The position numbers and the translations under genes are program-made. Of a stretch of 64,000 nt of DNA, positions 25,240 through 36,470 are shown one piece after another (positions within the stretch are counted from its first letter, which is position 1; every line of letters begins with the position of its first letter). Location: NCBI GenBank assembly GCA_030141605.1, contig JAQGDQ010000639.1:1-64000 (forward strand). Direction: 5' to 3'. The DNA comes from Tubiluchus corallicola. Lineage: Eukaryota > Animalia > Priapulida. Below the pieces are notes generated by a model. The model did not search any database. It saw only the letters and a program-made list of their open reading frames with translations, and was not told the DNA's origin.

Positions 25240-28200
25240 CTACACAGTCTCTATTTGTTTTTCCTCAAACCCAATGCTCTCAGCACGTTCCTTGGAGTTT
25301 GGCCTCTCTCGGCGGCGGCTTTGTTTTTCCTCAAACCCGATGCTCTCAGTACGTTCTTTGGAGTTTGGTCTCTCTCGGCAGAGGCTTTGTTTTTCCTCAA
25401 ACCCAATGCTCTCAGCACGTTCCTTTGAGTTCGGTCTCTCTTGGCGGTGGCTTTGTATTTCCTCAAACCCAATGCTCGCAGTACGTTCCTTGGAGTTTGG
25501 TCTCTCTCGGCAAACGCTTTGTTTTTCCTCAAACCCAATGCTCTCAGCACATTCCTTGGAGATTGGCCTCTCTCGGCGGTGGCTTTGTTTTTCCTCAAAC
25601 CCAATGCTCTCTGCACGTTCCTTGGAGTTTGGTCTCTCTCGGCGGTGGCTTTGTTTTTCCTCAAACCCAATGCTCGCAGTACGTTCCTTGGAGTTTGGCC
25701 TCTCTTGGCGGTGGCTTTGTTTTTCCTCAAACCCAATGCTCTCAGCACTATTCTTGGAGTTTGGTGTCTCTTGGCAGTGGCTTTGTTTTTCCTCAAACCC
25801 AATGCTCTCAGTACGTTTCTTGGAGTTTGGTCTCCCTCGGTGGTGTTTTCGTTTTTTCTCAAACCCAGTGTTATCAGCACGTTTCTTGGAGTTTGGTCTC
25901 TCTCGGCGGTGGCTTTGTTTTTCCTCAAACCCAATGCTCTCAGCACATTCCTTGGAGTTTGGTCGCTCTCGGCGGTGGCTTTGTTTTTTCTCAAACCCAA
26001 TGCTCTCTGCACGTTTCTTGGAGTTTGGTCTCTCTCGGCGGTGGCTTTGTTTTTTCTCAAACCCAGTGCTCTCAGTACGTTTCTTGGAGTTTGGTCTCTC
26101 TTGGCGGTGGCTTTGTTTTTCCTCAAACCCAATGCTCTCAGCACGATTCTTGGAGTTTGGTCTCTCTCGTCGGCGATTTTGTTTTCCCTCAAACCCAGTG
26201 CTTTCAGCACCTTCCTTGGAGTTTGATCTCTCTCGGCGATGGCTTTGTTTTTTCTCAAACCCAATACTCTCAGCACATTTCTTGGAGTTTGGTCTCTCTT
26301 GGCGGTGGCTTTGTTTTTCCGCAAACCCAATGCTCTCAGCACGTTCCTTGGAGTTTGGTCTTCCTTGGCGGTGGCTTTGTCTTTCCTCAAACCCAATGCT
26401 CTCAGCACGTTCCTTGGAGTTTGGTCTCTTTCGGCAGTGGCTTTGTTTTTCCTCAAACCCAATGCTCTCTGCACGTTTCTTGGAGTTTGGTCTCCCTCGG
26501 TGGTGTTTTCGTTTTTTCTCAAACCCGGTGCACTCAGTACGTTTCTTGGAGTTTGGTTTCTCTCGGCGGTGGCTTTTTTTCTCAAACCCAGTGTTGTCAG
26601 CACGTTTCTTGGAGTTTGGTCTCTCTCGGCGGTGGCTTTGTTTTTTCTCAAACCCAACACTCTCAGCACGTTTCTTGGAGTTTGGTCTCTCTCGGCAGTG
26701 ACTTTGTTTTTCCTCAAACCCTGCTTTCATCACGTTACTTGGAGTTTGGTCTCTCTCGGCACTGGCTGTGTTTTTCCTCAAACCCAATGCTCTCAGCACC
26801 TTTCTAGGAGTTCGGTCTTTCTCTGTAGTGGCTTTGTTTCTACTCAAACCCAATACTATCTGCACGTTTCCAGAAGTTTGGTCTGTCTCAGCTGTGGCTT
26901 TGTTTTTCGTCAAACCCAAAGCTCCCAGCACGTTTCCAAGAGTTTGGTCTTTTTTGGGTGTGGCTTTGTTTTTCCTCAAACCCAATGCTCCCAGCACGTT
27001 TCCAGGAGTTTGGTCTCTCTCAGCGGTGGCTTTGTTTCTACTCAAACCCAATACTATCTGCACGTTTCCAGAAGTTTGGTCTGTCTCAGCTGTGGCTTTG
27101 TTTTTCGTCAAACCCAAAGCTCCCAGCACGTTTCCAGAAGTTTGGTCTCTCTCAGTGGTGGCTTTGTTTTTTTTCAAACCCGATGCTCCCAGCACGTTTC
27201 CAGAAGTTTGGTCTCTCTCAGTGGTGGCTTTGTTTTTCTTCAAACCCGATGCTCCCAGCACGTTTCCAGGAGTTTGGTCTTTCTCAGTGGTGGCTTTGTT
27301 TTTCTTCAAACCCGATGCTCCCAGCACGTTTCCAGGAGTTTGGTCTCTCTCAGTAGTGGCTTTGTTTTTCTTCAAACCCAATGCTCCCAGCACGTTTCCA
27401 GAAGTTTGGTCTGTCTCAGCTGTGACTTTGTTTTTCCTCAAACCCAATGCTCCCAGCACGTTTCCAGGAGTTTGGTCTCTCTCAGTGGTGGCTTTGTTTT
27501 TCGTCAAACCCGATGCTCCCAGCACGTTTCCAGGAGTTTGGTCTCTCTCAGTGGTGGCTTTGGTTTTCTTCAAACCCGATGCTCCCAGCACGTTTCCAGA
27601 AGTTTGGTCTCTCTCAGCGGTGGCTTTGTTTTTCCTCAAACCCAAAGCTCCCAGCACGTTTCCAAGAGTTTGGTCTTTTTTGGCAGTGGCTCTCACAATT
27701 TTTCCCTCGTTTGCTTCACTGCCTTGCAACCCTCCTTGTCGATCTGATGTAGATCTTTGCTGACTTCTAGTAGAAGTTGTTGATTTCTGTCTTGAGGTTC
27801 TCGCTCTCTTTTCTGCAGCTTCTACAGTAGCTAATCCATAATCATCGTTGCCATCATCATCATCGTTGCCATCACCATCGTCGCCGCCGCTGCCATCATC
27901 ATCACCGACGTCATTGTCGTCATTGCCATCAACATCATCATCGTCGTCATCATTATCATTGCCACCTCTACCTCTACCTCTACCACCACCATCATCGTCA
28001 TCATCATCATCGTCGTCATCATTATCATTGCCACCTCTACCACCACCGTCATCGTCATCATCATCATCGTCACCATCACCATCGTCGTCGTCGCCGTCAT
28101 TATCATTGCTGTCGTTGTCGTCGTTGCCATCACCATCATCATCATCTTCATCATCGTCATCATTATCATTGCTAGCACTACTACCACCATCATCGTCATC

Positions 28201-29510
28201 ATCATCACCATCATCGCCATCGTCGTCGTCGTCGTTGCCGTCATCATCATCATCATCGTCGTAATCATCATTATCATTGCCACTACTACCACCACCATCA
28301 TCATCGTCACCATCATCACCATTGTCGTCATCGTTGCTGCTGCCGTCGTCATCATCGCCGTCGTCGTCATCGTTGCCGTCGTCATCGTCATCATCATCAT
28401 GGTCGTCGTCAATATCATTGCCACCACTACCACCACCATCATCGTAATCATCATCACCATCATCACTATTGTCGTCGTCATTGCTGCTGCTGCCATCATC
28501 ATCATCGCCGTCGTCGTCGTCGTAGCCGTCATCATCATCGTCGTAATCATCATTATCATTGCCACTACTACCACCACCATCATCGTAATCATCATCACCA
28601 TCATCACCATTGTCGTCATCGTTGCTGCTGCCGTCGTCATCATCGCCGTCGTCGTCATCGTTGCCGTCATCATCGTCATCATCATCATGGTCGTCGTCAT
28701 TATCATTGCCACCACTACCACCACCATCATCGTAATCATCATCACCATCATCACTATTGTCGTCGTCATTGCTGCTGCTGCCATCATCATCATCGCCGTC
28801 GTCGTCATCGTTGCCGTCATCATCATCATGGTCGTCGTCATTATCATTGCCACCACTACCACCACCATCATTGTAATCATCATCATCATCATCATCACCA
28901 TCATCTTTGTTGTCGTTGCTGTGGTTGCTGTCATCATCATCATCACCATCATCATCGTAATCATCATTATCATTGCCACCACTACCACCACTATCATCGT
29001 CATCATCATCATCGCCATCACCATTGTCACCGTAGTCGTCATCGTCGTCGCCACTGTCATCATCAGCAACAGTATCAGTGTCACTAGAATCTTTACTTGA
29101 AATAGAGCTACCACCGTGTTCGGTATTGTCAGAATCATTGTTACAGCTGCCAGCATTGTTAGTATTAACACCATTGTTATCGACATCTTCAATTGTTCGA
29201 CGTTTAAGTCTTGTGATTGTGTTGGTAATTACTGAATTTCTCTTCATTTTGCTTCGTAGTTGCAGTGCTTTCAATCGACGTTTGGTCAACCAAGTCTTTA
29301 GCCGACGTTTAGTCGTGTATTTCTTCTGTTCTAATGTGTACCCACGTCTGCCAGGCAATGCAGTGGAATCCGGCGTTTCCGAAAAGGTCTTCAGTTCTAC
29401 TGGGTGACGCCCCATTGTCAGAGATGGGGACTCTTTGGACTTGGCTTTCGGGTCGAGGGTGTAACTATGAATTTTGTGCTATTCCTTACGAAGTGGCGCA
29501 GATTGGAGAA
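25240..29510 (-). pseudogene. Gene C: expanded paralogue of gene B exon 2 (about 450-aa Asp-rich tract and about 37 copies of a 22-aa basic repeat), apparently disabled
   Basis: Same acceptor at 29510 as gene B, but codon TAC is TAG (29481-29479); 2-bp deletion at about 26721 shifts the repeat frame; no signal exon found upstream. Confidence 0.7.
25255..27690 (-). repeat. 66-bp coding minisatellite, about 37 copies (ATAERDQTPRNVLRALGLRKNK / ATTERDQTPGNVLGASGLKKNK)
   Basis: Directly visible; two subtypes occupy separate halves of the array. Confidence 0.95.
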
Positions 29511-30351
29511 CTACAAAAAAGAAATAATAATAAAGACAAAAACCAGTCACACTCAACTATCAGTTTATAAAGCACTTAGGTTAATAGTAAACAATATAAT
29601 GTAAACAAGCTCTTATCAAGTAAATGAAAATTATAAAACATTACAACAGATTTAAAGAGGAAGACAGGATGATTTTTCATATACTACCCCATTTTAAAAT
29701 CACAATTAATACTGCAAACGCGTTTCTGATAATTATATAATAGATTAAAAACTTAATTAACGGTGGGCGAGCCCAACAGCATAGGACATCATACTCTAAC
29801 ATAATTTTCAACCGTAAAAATATTCCACGAGCGTGTTGCACGTATGTGTGAAAAGCGTTCTGCTGCAAGATATATTTAGTGTGTAGTACTAAAACTAGGC
29901 AAGTTTTAAGTTAAAAATTCAAATTTCGAATTCACCGCGATGCTCACGCATGAATGTGTGTAGTTCGTCAGAAACTAACACATCTGAACGGAGAGGTACA
30001 GCACCTGTTTCTCATGCAATGCGCTTCCGAAATGCAGCATGCTAGTTCCCGTCTAACTAGCGAATGGCGAAACACATGTAACACTGAAGAAGTAGAACTA
30101 TTTAACCTAAGTAGCGACAATGTATCATCTCTGTGTGGCCTTGACCTTTGACCTTTGGGGGTGCCCTACCCCCATCTTTTTTGTGACGTCATGGCCGGCA
30201 CATGCGCCGACTATGCAGGTCAGTCGGCTGGGAGGGGGGTGAAGGAGAGGGATGGGGGAGGACCCTTCATATAATGGAACTGCCCTAACATCATTCAAAT
30301 AATGATAATTCTACCCTAGTTGCTAACCCTAAATAAATGAAAGTTTTCCTT

Positions 30352-30418
30352 AAGTGGGATTTGAACCAAGGTATGATTGCATGTGAGTCCTCCTCCTAAC
30401 CCCCTAGGCCTCACCGTC
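30352..30418 (-). mobile_element. tRNA-derived SINE head or tRNA pseudogene
   Basis: GACGGTGAGGCCTAGGGGGTTAGG...CTCACAT...GGTTCAAATCC: A- and B-box-like motifs but poor stem pairing; a weaker similar piece at about 4170-4238 (-). Confidence 0.5.
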
Positions 30419-30649
30419 AGGTATTACTTTCCATGTGTTAAATGTGGTATAAGTGATGTAGGTTTGCACATGCGCGGTTGGACTAACTTTTTTTAGGTTT
30501 GTGCATGTGCGGTTGGTCTAACTTGTTGCGAAATGAGATGGTGGTTTGCGCATGCGTGGTTGCTCTAAGAATATATAATTATCTTACGCAATTGTTTTTA
30601 TGATTGCTTAATACACGAAGACATACACGTTAGAACACGTCGATTTATC

Positions 30650-31175
30650 ATCAACTTCTTTTTCCCAGCTTTTCCCTATGCGGGGTCGCCGTTGTGAATG
30701 AGTCTTCTCCATGCATTCCTGTTGTTGATCATCTCTTCATTTATGTTCTTCTCTCTAAGGTCTCCGTTAATACATTCAAACCATCTCAGCTTGGGTCGTC
30801 CTCTTCTTCTATCTTCTTCCACTACTTTCACTGTTCCTCTAATATTACTATTCCTGATTTTATCCCTTCTTGTTACTCCCACCATCCATCTCAACATCCT
30901 CATCTCCGCCACATCCATTTTCTTCTCTTCGGTCTTCTTTAGAGATGCTGCTTCCAGCCCATAGATTAGGGCGGGTCTGACCACTGCTTTGTGTGCTTTA
31001 CCTTTAAGTCTCACTGGAATCCTCTTATCGCATATCACACCCGAAACATTTTGCCAGTTATTCCAACCACACTGAATCCTGAAATTCACCTCCTTTTCCA
31101 TTCCTTCAGTCTCGTCTGTCATTGAACCCAGATACTTAAAGGTCTTTACTCTTTTCAACTCTGCCCCATTCAATC
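30650..31175 (-). mobile_element. 5'-truncated RTE-clade LINE (C-terminal part of ORF)
   Basis: LKRVKTFKYLGS...RIQCGWNNW...SGVICDKRIPVRLKGK...VVRPALIYGLE...DVAEMRMLRW...RRRGRPKLRW; internal deletion before RGRP. Confidence 0.9.
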
Positions 31176-32016
31176 AATCAGCATGTGCTATTTAATTGGC
31201 CCTTGCAGTGAAAATTTTGATTTACTGAAAGTGTGTGAAATGAGGTGTACGTTTGTGCATGCACGGTTGCTGTAATGCAAACTTGAAGTGAAATGTGGTG
31301 TAAGTGATGTTTTATGATTGCGTAATACTTGCACGTTAGAGTGTGTTGTTTATTCATCAGCATATGTTATTTAAGTGAGCTTTGCAGAGAAAATTTCGAT
31401 TTTGAGAGAGAGTGTTTGAAATACTTCTCCAAGCATCAAAAATCACATTTTCATAAATATTTATTGTTCATGTATTCAAATGATTTCTACAACTGAACGT
31501 TTCTACACATTTGATTATGCATTTCTCCATTCACTTACGTAATACAAAATAATTATTAAAATTCTCTACATTTCATTATACAATTATATACTCGTTTATG
31601 CGATACGAAATAATTAATTCTGCAGTTACATGTGGCATTCGTTAAGCAGGCAAACAAACTTCTCGTATGCGAAATCATTATATTTATCAAAAGCGTGCAA
31701 GAAAGCTCCCAACTCTGCTCCTCCATCATTATTACGCTTCCAGTGTGGAAAACGATCTGTCCACATTTACAAGTTAATTTGTGAAAAAGATCTACTTCGC
31801 AAAATACTTCAATAAAACAACACGTTGACTTTAAGAGTTCAAGATAAATTGCAGGTAGCATCAGTCTGGAGGGAACTTTAGCACTAGCGGTGTCGGTTCG
31901 TACTACTGCAGGTGCTGCAAGTGTCTGACTGTGACGTTCGAAGAGTTCGAGGATGGTATTTTCTAGGTTCCATTTCTGGGAAAAACCGTTAATCAGTTAC
32001 AACTTTCACAGACATA

Positions 32017-32364
32017 ATGACCGAACTGGCCTGCTGGAAACAGATGACAGACATGTTCACGAAGCTAGCACACCACAAGCCATGTTTTGTGGTCTTCATC
32101 ACGCAAAATCTTTTTCAGCAGAGTAAAGAATCGCGCACTCGCAGTCTAAACATGCACTACCTGGTTTTGTTCAAAAATCTGCGTGACAAGATGCAGGTGG
32201 AAATGTTGAGTAGGCAAATGTATCTGGGGAAAACGAAATCTTTTGTGGATGCATTCGAATGCACAACGTCAGGGCCATTTTTTTACCTGCTTTTCGATTT
32301 GCGACAGGAAACGGATGATGCCATTCGCATAAGAAGCACCATATTTCCACACGAAGCACCATAA
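32017..32364 (+). pseudogene. Polinton A32/FtsK-like packaging ATPase, C-terminal half
   Basis: MFTKLAHHKPCFVVFITQNLFQQSKESRTRSLNMHYLVLFKNLRDKMQV...LLFDLRQETDDAIRIRSTIFP; Walker A half missing. Confidence 0.85.
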
Positions 32365-32466
32365 ATGATCTTCCTGTCCCAAAAATGAGATCAGCAAATT
32401 CCCGGTGTGCAAGCCACCATACCATTTGAAGGTTTCCTCATCAACACCACTTGCGCTGGAGTCAGA

Positions 32467-32823
32467 ATGACACCGGGTCGCATTAGACGATACAAACCAT
32501 TTCTCTGGCCGTTGGCTCGCGCCAGTTCCCACCAGGGGAGAGATTTGTTAACATGGGCAGATGGAGATGTGGCAAATTTTTATAGCAAAAAGTGCTCTTA
32601 TCATACTATGCGGAAACGTGAAGTTAAAACAGAAACAGATAAAAGTGTAGAAAGGACATCGCAAGATTAGCTCGACCCATTGCAGGCTAGAAGATGCGTG
32701 CTGATGCAAAAAGGTGGAATATTTCCAATCATACCCATCTTGGCAGGTATATTTGGTGCCACTTCGGCTGCTGTATCCGCAGCTAGAACAATGAAGACCT
32801 TTCGCAATAAAAATAAGAAATAG
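32467..32823 (+). pseudogene. Polinton/adintovirus small basic core protein with QKGG-hydrophobic tail
   Basis: MTPGRIRRYKPFLWPLARA..., internal TAG at 32668, then in frame LMQKGGIFPIIPILAGIFGATSAAVSAARTMKTFRNKNKK*. Confidence 0.6.
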
Positions 32824-32871
32824 AAAATGTGTTCTCAGATGGTGTTGCTACCATTGTCCGAGTTAGCAGCT

Positions 32872-32930
32872 AGAGTTAGGGTTGGGGTTAGGATTAGGGT
32901 TAGGATTGGAAGCTAGGGTTAGGGTTTGGA
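32872..32930 (+). repeat. Degenerate (TTAGGG)n telomere-like tract
   Basis: gagttagggttggggttaggattagggttaggattggaagctagggttagggtttgg. Confidence 0.7.
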
Positions 32931-33046
32931 AATCGTCATTATCATCGTTATTATTTGCAGGTTGAGACTGGTCACTCCCGGCATGCTGGCGACGACGACG
33001 ACGGTCTCCCCAACGAGCCGATGAGCGAGGTTGGAGACGACGTAAT

Positions 33047-34079
33047 TCTAGGATTTACTACGACTTGCACCATCCGGCCGGCTACGGAAAGGCGCATGCT
33101 CTTGAGCATGCCAGCGGTCACTCAGGTCGTCGAGTGTGTGAGTGGTTGAGCGCCCAGCCCACTTACACCCTTCACAGGGGTGCCAGACAGCGAGGATACC
33201 CCACCCACCAGACTTTGACGCGGGGAGTCGATTACAAATGGCAAGCAGATTTAGTAATAATGGATGCCCTCTTCAAGTACAACGATGGCTACAAGCACAT
33301 GCTGACGGTGGTTGACTGTTTCAGTCGCTACACCTGGGCGAGAACGGTGAAGGACAAGGGCGGAAGCAAAACAGTGTGGGCCCTGTGCTCCATATTCGAG
33401 ACTGAAGGGCATGTGCCGCACAAGTTACACACAGGCAAGGGTAGAGAATTTCAAAATGCACACGTGCAAAAACTCCTGAAAGAATATGGCATGTATTTTT
33501 TCACCACCGAAAGCGCCTACAAGGCGTCCATGGTGGAACGGCTCTACAGAACACTAAAATCCAGATGTTTCAAAGTTTTCACAGCTTGCAACAAGCTCAG
33601 ATGGATAGATTTTCTCCAAGATCTGGTGCACGGTTACAACGGCGCCATGCACTGCAGCATAGGCATGGTTCCTCGCCAGGTGAACGCGCAAAAACGGATG
33701 CTTCTGTGGAGAAAATTGTACGGTGGGAGGAGGAGAAAAGCCGGGTGGAACAAATTGCGGGTGGGAGATTTGGTGCACATTTCCAAGGTCAAAAGTCGTT
33801 TCGAAAAATCCTGCCTGCCCAACTGGACCAAAGAATTGTTCACATCCGAAGACGGTTCTGAAGCCTGGCCGCCTGACGAATCACGAGGGTGAACCGGTTC
33901 GCGGCATATTCTACCGGGAGGAATTGCAGAAGGTTGTAAAGTCCGACGACGTCTACTGGGTGGAGAGGGTTCTCCGCACCAAGGGCAGGGAAATACATAA
34001 GCGTTTCTTGGTGAAGTTCCTGCGTTATCTGAAGGAGTCCGCCAGCTGGATAAGTGTGGAAGATTTCGTAAAGCCATGA
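33047..34079 (+). pseudogene. Polinton retroviral-type (rve/DDE) integrase with C-terminal chromodomain
   Basis: IYYDLHHPAGYG...YTLHR...WQADL...VVDCFSRY...LHTGKGREF (second catalytic Asp appears as Gly)...ASMVERLYRTLK...VGDLVHISK...NWTKELF; frameshift near 33850-33880; then GIFYREELQKV...YWVERVL...FLVKF...SWI. Confidence 0.9.
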
Positions 34080-34770
34080 CCGGCCCGCCGGCTTTTACAT
34101 GCTGCTGGTTTCCAACGCCTTGCCCGAACAGCATCTGGATGACAGACCCGGCAGCTTCCGAGTGCAGCTGCTTTACGCATCGGAACTGGATTTAGAGTGG
34201 GAAGCGGGTCTGACGAAAATAGTCTATCCTCGCTTCTTTTTACATGTACGAGTGCAATGCTTCTGTGGCCTTCATGACCCATGAACAGGACGTCAGGTTG
34301 CCGGTGGCGAGCAATTCTCGCTCGCACTCCAAGAGTTACAAGCACATAGAGCTGCCCAACAGTCCTTACAGCGACGCCGAACAGTTGATGCGCTACGTGT
34401 GCAAACAGTTGCCCAGGAAATTTTTCAAAATGAGTTTTCATCCCACCTTCAGACACTCTCACTGAAAGGTGGAGAGAGAACTTTCCACTCTGTTCTTGTG
34501 CAAGCCGATCCCAGACATGATGAGTTTCTGGCACACGGGGGAAAAGGTGCTGATGCGAGGCGAATAGGAGTCATCCCACCACTGCAAGGTAAATTGCAGC
34601 CAACAGAACCTGTTCATATATCTGGATTACATAGAACATTCGCCCGTGGCCCACACTTCGGTGCCTCTTCTGCGTACCGTCACCATCGAGAGAGAGCACG
34701 GAGACACCATGATGTATGAATTTCGCCGCATCTACTATCGCAAAGTCAAGAGGAGTCGCATCATCGAAGT
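34076..34770 (+). pseudogene. Polinton minor capsid (penton) protein, frameshifted
   Basis: MTRPAGFYMLLVSNA...GSFRVQL...EWEAGLTKIVYP at the N-terminus and NLFIYLDYIEH...VPLLRTV...YEFRRIYYRKV near the C-terminus; ATGA overlap with the integrase stop. Confidence 0.7.
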
Positions 34771-35639
34771 GTTTTCAAATGTTAACTTTAAAAAGAGCGC
34801 CATGAAAACACTTTAAAAACTTTTCTGTGTAGAGTAATCAACAACCTAAATTTCTTTTGCCTTACATTGTCTTAATTGGTTGTGTTTTGCAGCTGCCATG
34901 CATTCCACTTGTGTTACATGGAGTAAAAAAATCGGGTCAGTTAATTGTCGGTCTTTAAGTTGAGCTGAATGGTGTAAGTTGAGCTGAAATTGGACCACAG
35001 CCAAATCGAAAATGTGACGAGTTCGAATTTGAATGAAACAAAATTCAGTTATTATATAAACAACCCGGCAAATTCAGTGAAGGCAACATTAAGGTCTTCA
35101 GACCCCCTACTCAAGTAACTGCACTTACAGAAACGTGGCTTATGGAACAAGACTATTTCTCATCATGAAATAAAGCCGTTGTTAAAATAGTGCAAACATC
35201 TTGAGTAACGTTGGATTTCAGGAAGTACTTGGCAAGATCTTCAAGTCCACGAGTTCTATACTTTTAGCAGTATACAATGAAGCAAGTACAGTTTCACCAA
35301 TGAGTTTGCATGATTAGCACAAATATACTCTAGAAGTAAGAAAAATTTGCTTGGATCTACATCTGTTATTTCTATTTCATCATCAAGCTCATGACGCGTA
35401 GGTCTATAAAACATTTTTTGAAAACCTTACTCCTCAAACTAAGAATATACCAGTTAGAGTTAAAAAGAGTTTTCCCCAGATGAAATGTTACATCACACAC
35501 GTCATTAGAGTCGCCACTGCTGCACACATGTTTAAACCATTGGCTCCAATCTTGCTTTGAATCCAGNTACCAATTATGCGAGAGAAAACTGGTATTCCTG
35601 TATAACTCATGAGAAAGGTCTCGATAAGTTGAACTAAAT

Positions 35640-36470
35640 GGCTTTATAGAGCTACTTCGAGCAGCCCAAAACGAACAATTTTCATTTCCTTTAGTCTGGT
35701 ACTCCAGACTTTTACGTCAGTTCCCAAAAACCAAGCTGGTAATACATAACTACACATGGTGAGGTTAATAACCGAGTGGTCACTGTATGTGTTAGCAATT
35801 AAAATTAAGCAACAGTGAGAATGGACAGCGAATGGGTGGTGTCCTCCTGGGTTGAATGCTAGCAAGTTTGATACACCGCGAGACTGTGATGAGGTACGAT
35901 GTGGTTATATCTGAATGTGGCCATTACGAGGAATGTCATCCAGTAAGTCATCTTTGATGATTATCCTCCATAATAAGCAAGGTTACGGTCGTGCCACAAC
36001 CATGAGGTTTATGTTGGTCTTGTCAATCCATGATGAATTCCAGCACGCAAACTGTATGAAAAATGTTTCGATGACATTGTTAGCTCATATTTTTATATAT
36101 ACTACAGTATGAATAGCAAACAGTTCATTATAAAGAAAATTAAAGGAAAGCTCAAGCCTTCTGGGACGTTAGGCTGTTTTCAATGTTCGTGAAAAGTGTT
36201 AGAAAGATTTAGTAATAAAACTGTAATACTAACTGTAATTAGTAAAGTCACTTTAAAGTCACGATCACTTCATGCTTGGACGCTCCCATTTTCAATGCCC
36301 ATTTTTCTTTCAATGACGTCACTTGCCCTGAAGAACAGTAGTGCACTATCAACAGTTTTCAAAAGCATAATAAGGTTTTACAAAAAGAACAGATAGCTAA
36401 TTTTGTAAAATGTTTGGTGAATATTAGTTAACCTGTAGACGTTTTAGTTAGTTTAAGCAGTCTGCGCTTA
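35640..36470. mobile_element. Partial third copy of the dispersed 1.5-kb element
   Basis: Colinear with about 23560-24375. Confidence 0.7.

Larger units (their letters stand above)
32017..34770 (+). mobile_element. Decayed Polinton/Maverick (adintovirus-like) internal segment
   Basis: Four recognisable genes in one orientation: packaging ATPase, GG-motif core protein, integrase-chromodomain, minor capsid. GC-richer than the flanks. Confidence 0.88.

Noticed and set aside
25251-27690. Neuropeptide-precursor reading of the 22-aa repeat
   Set aside because: Basic pairs vary (RK, KK, TK, SR), there is no Gly-Lys-Arg amidation signal, and the intact paralogue has only one unit.
25274-27763. Long plus-strand hydrophobic ORFs over the 66-bp array (also 13840-14595)
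   Set aside because: Antisense shadows of a stop-free tandem unit; splice signals and the paralogue support the minus strand.
35567-35567. Single N base
   Set aside because: Assembly ambiguity, not biology, though it is a caution on local sequence quality.
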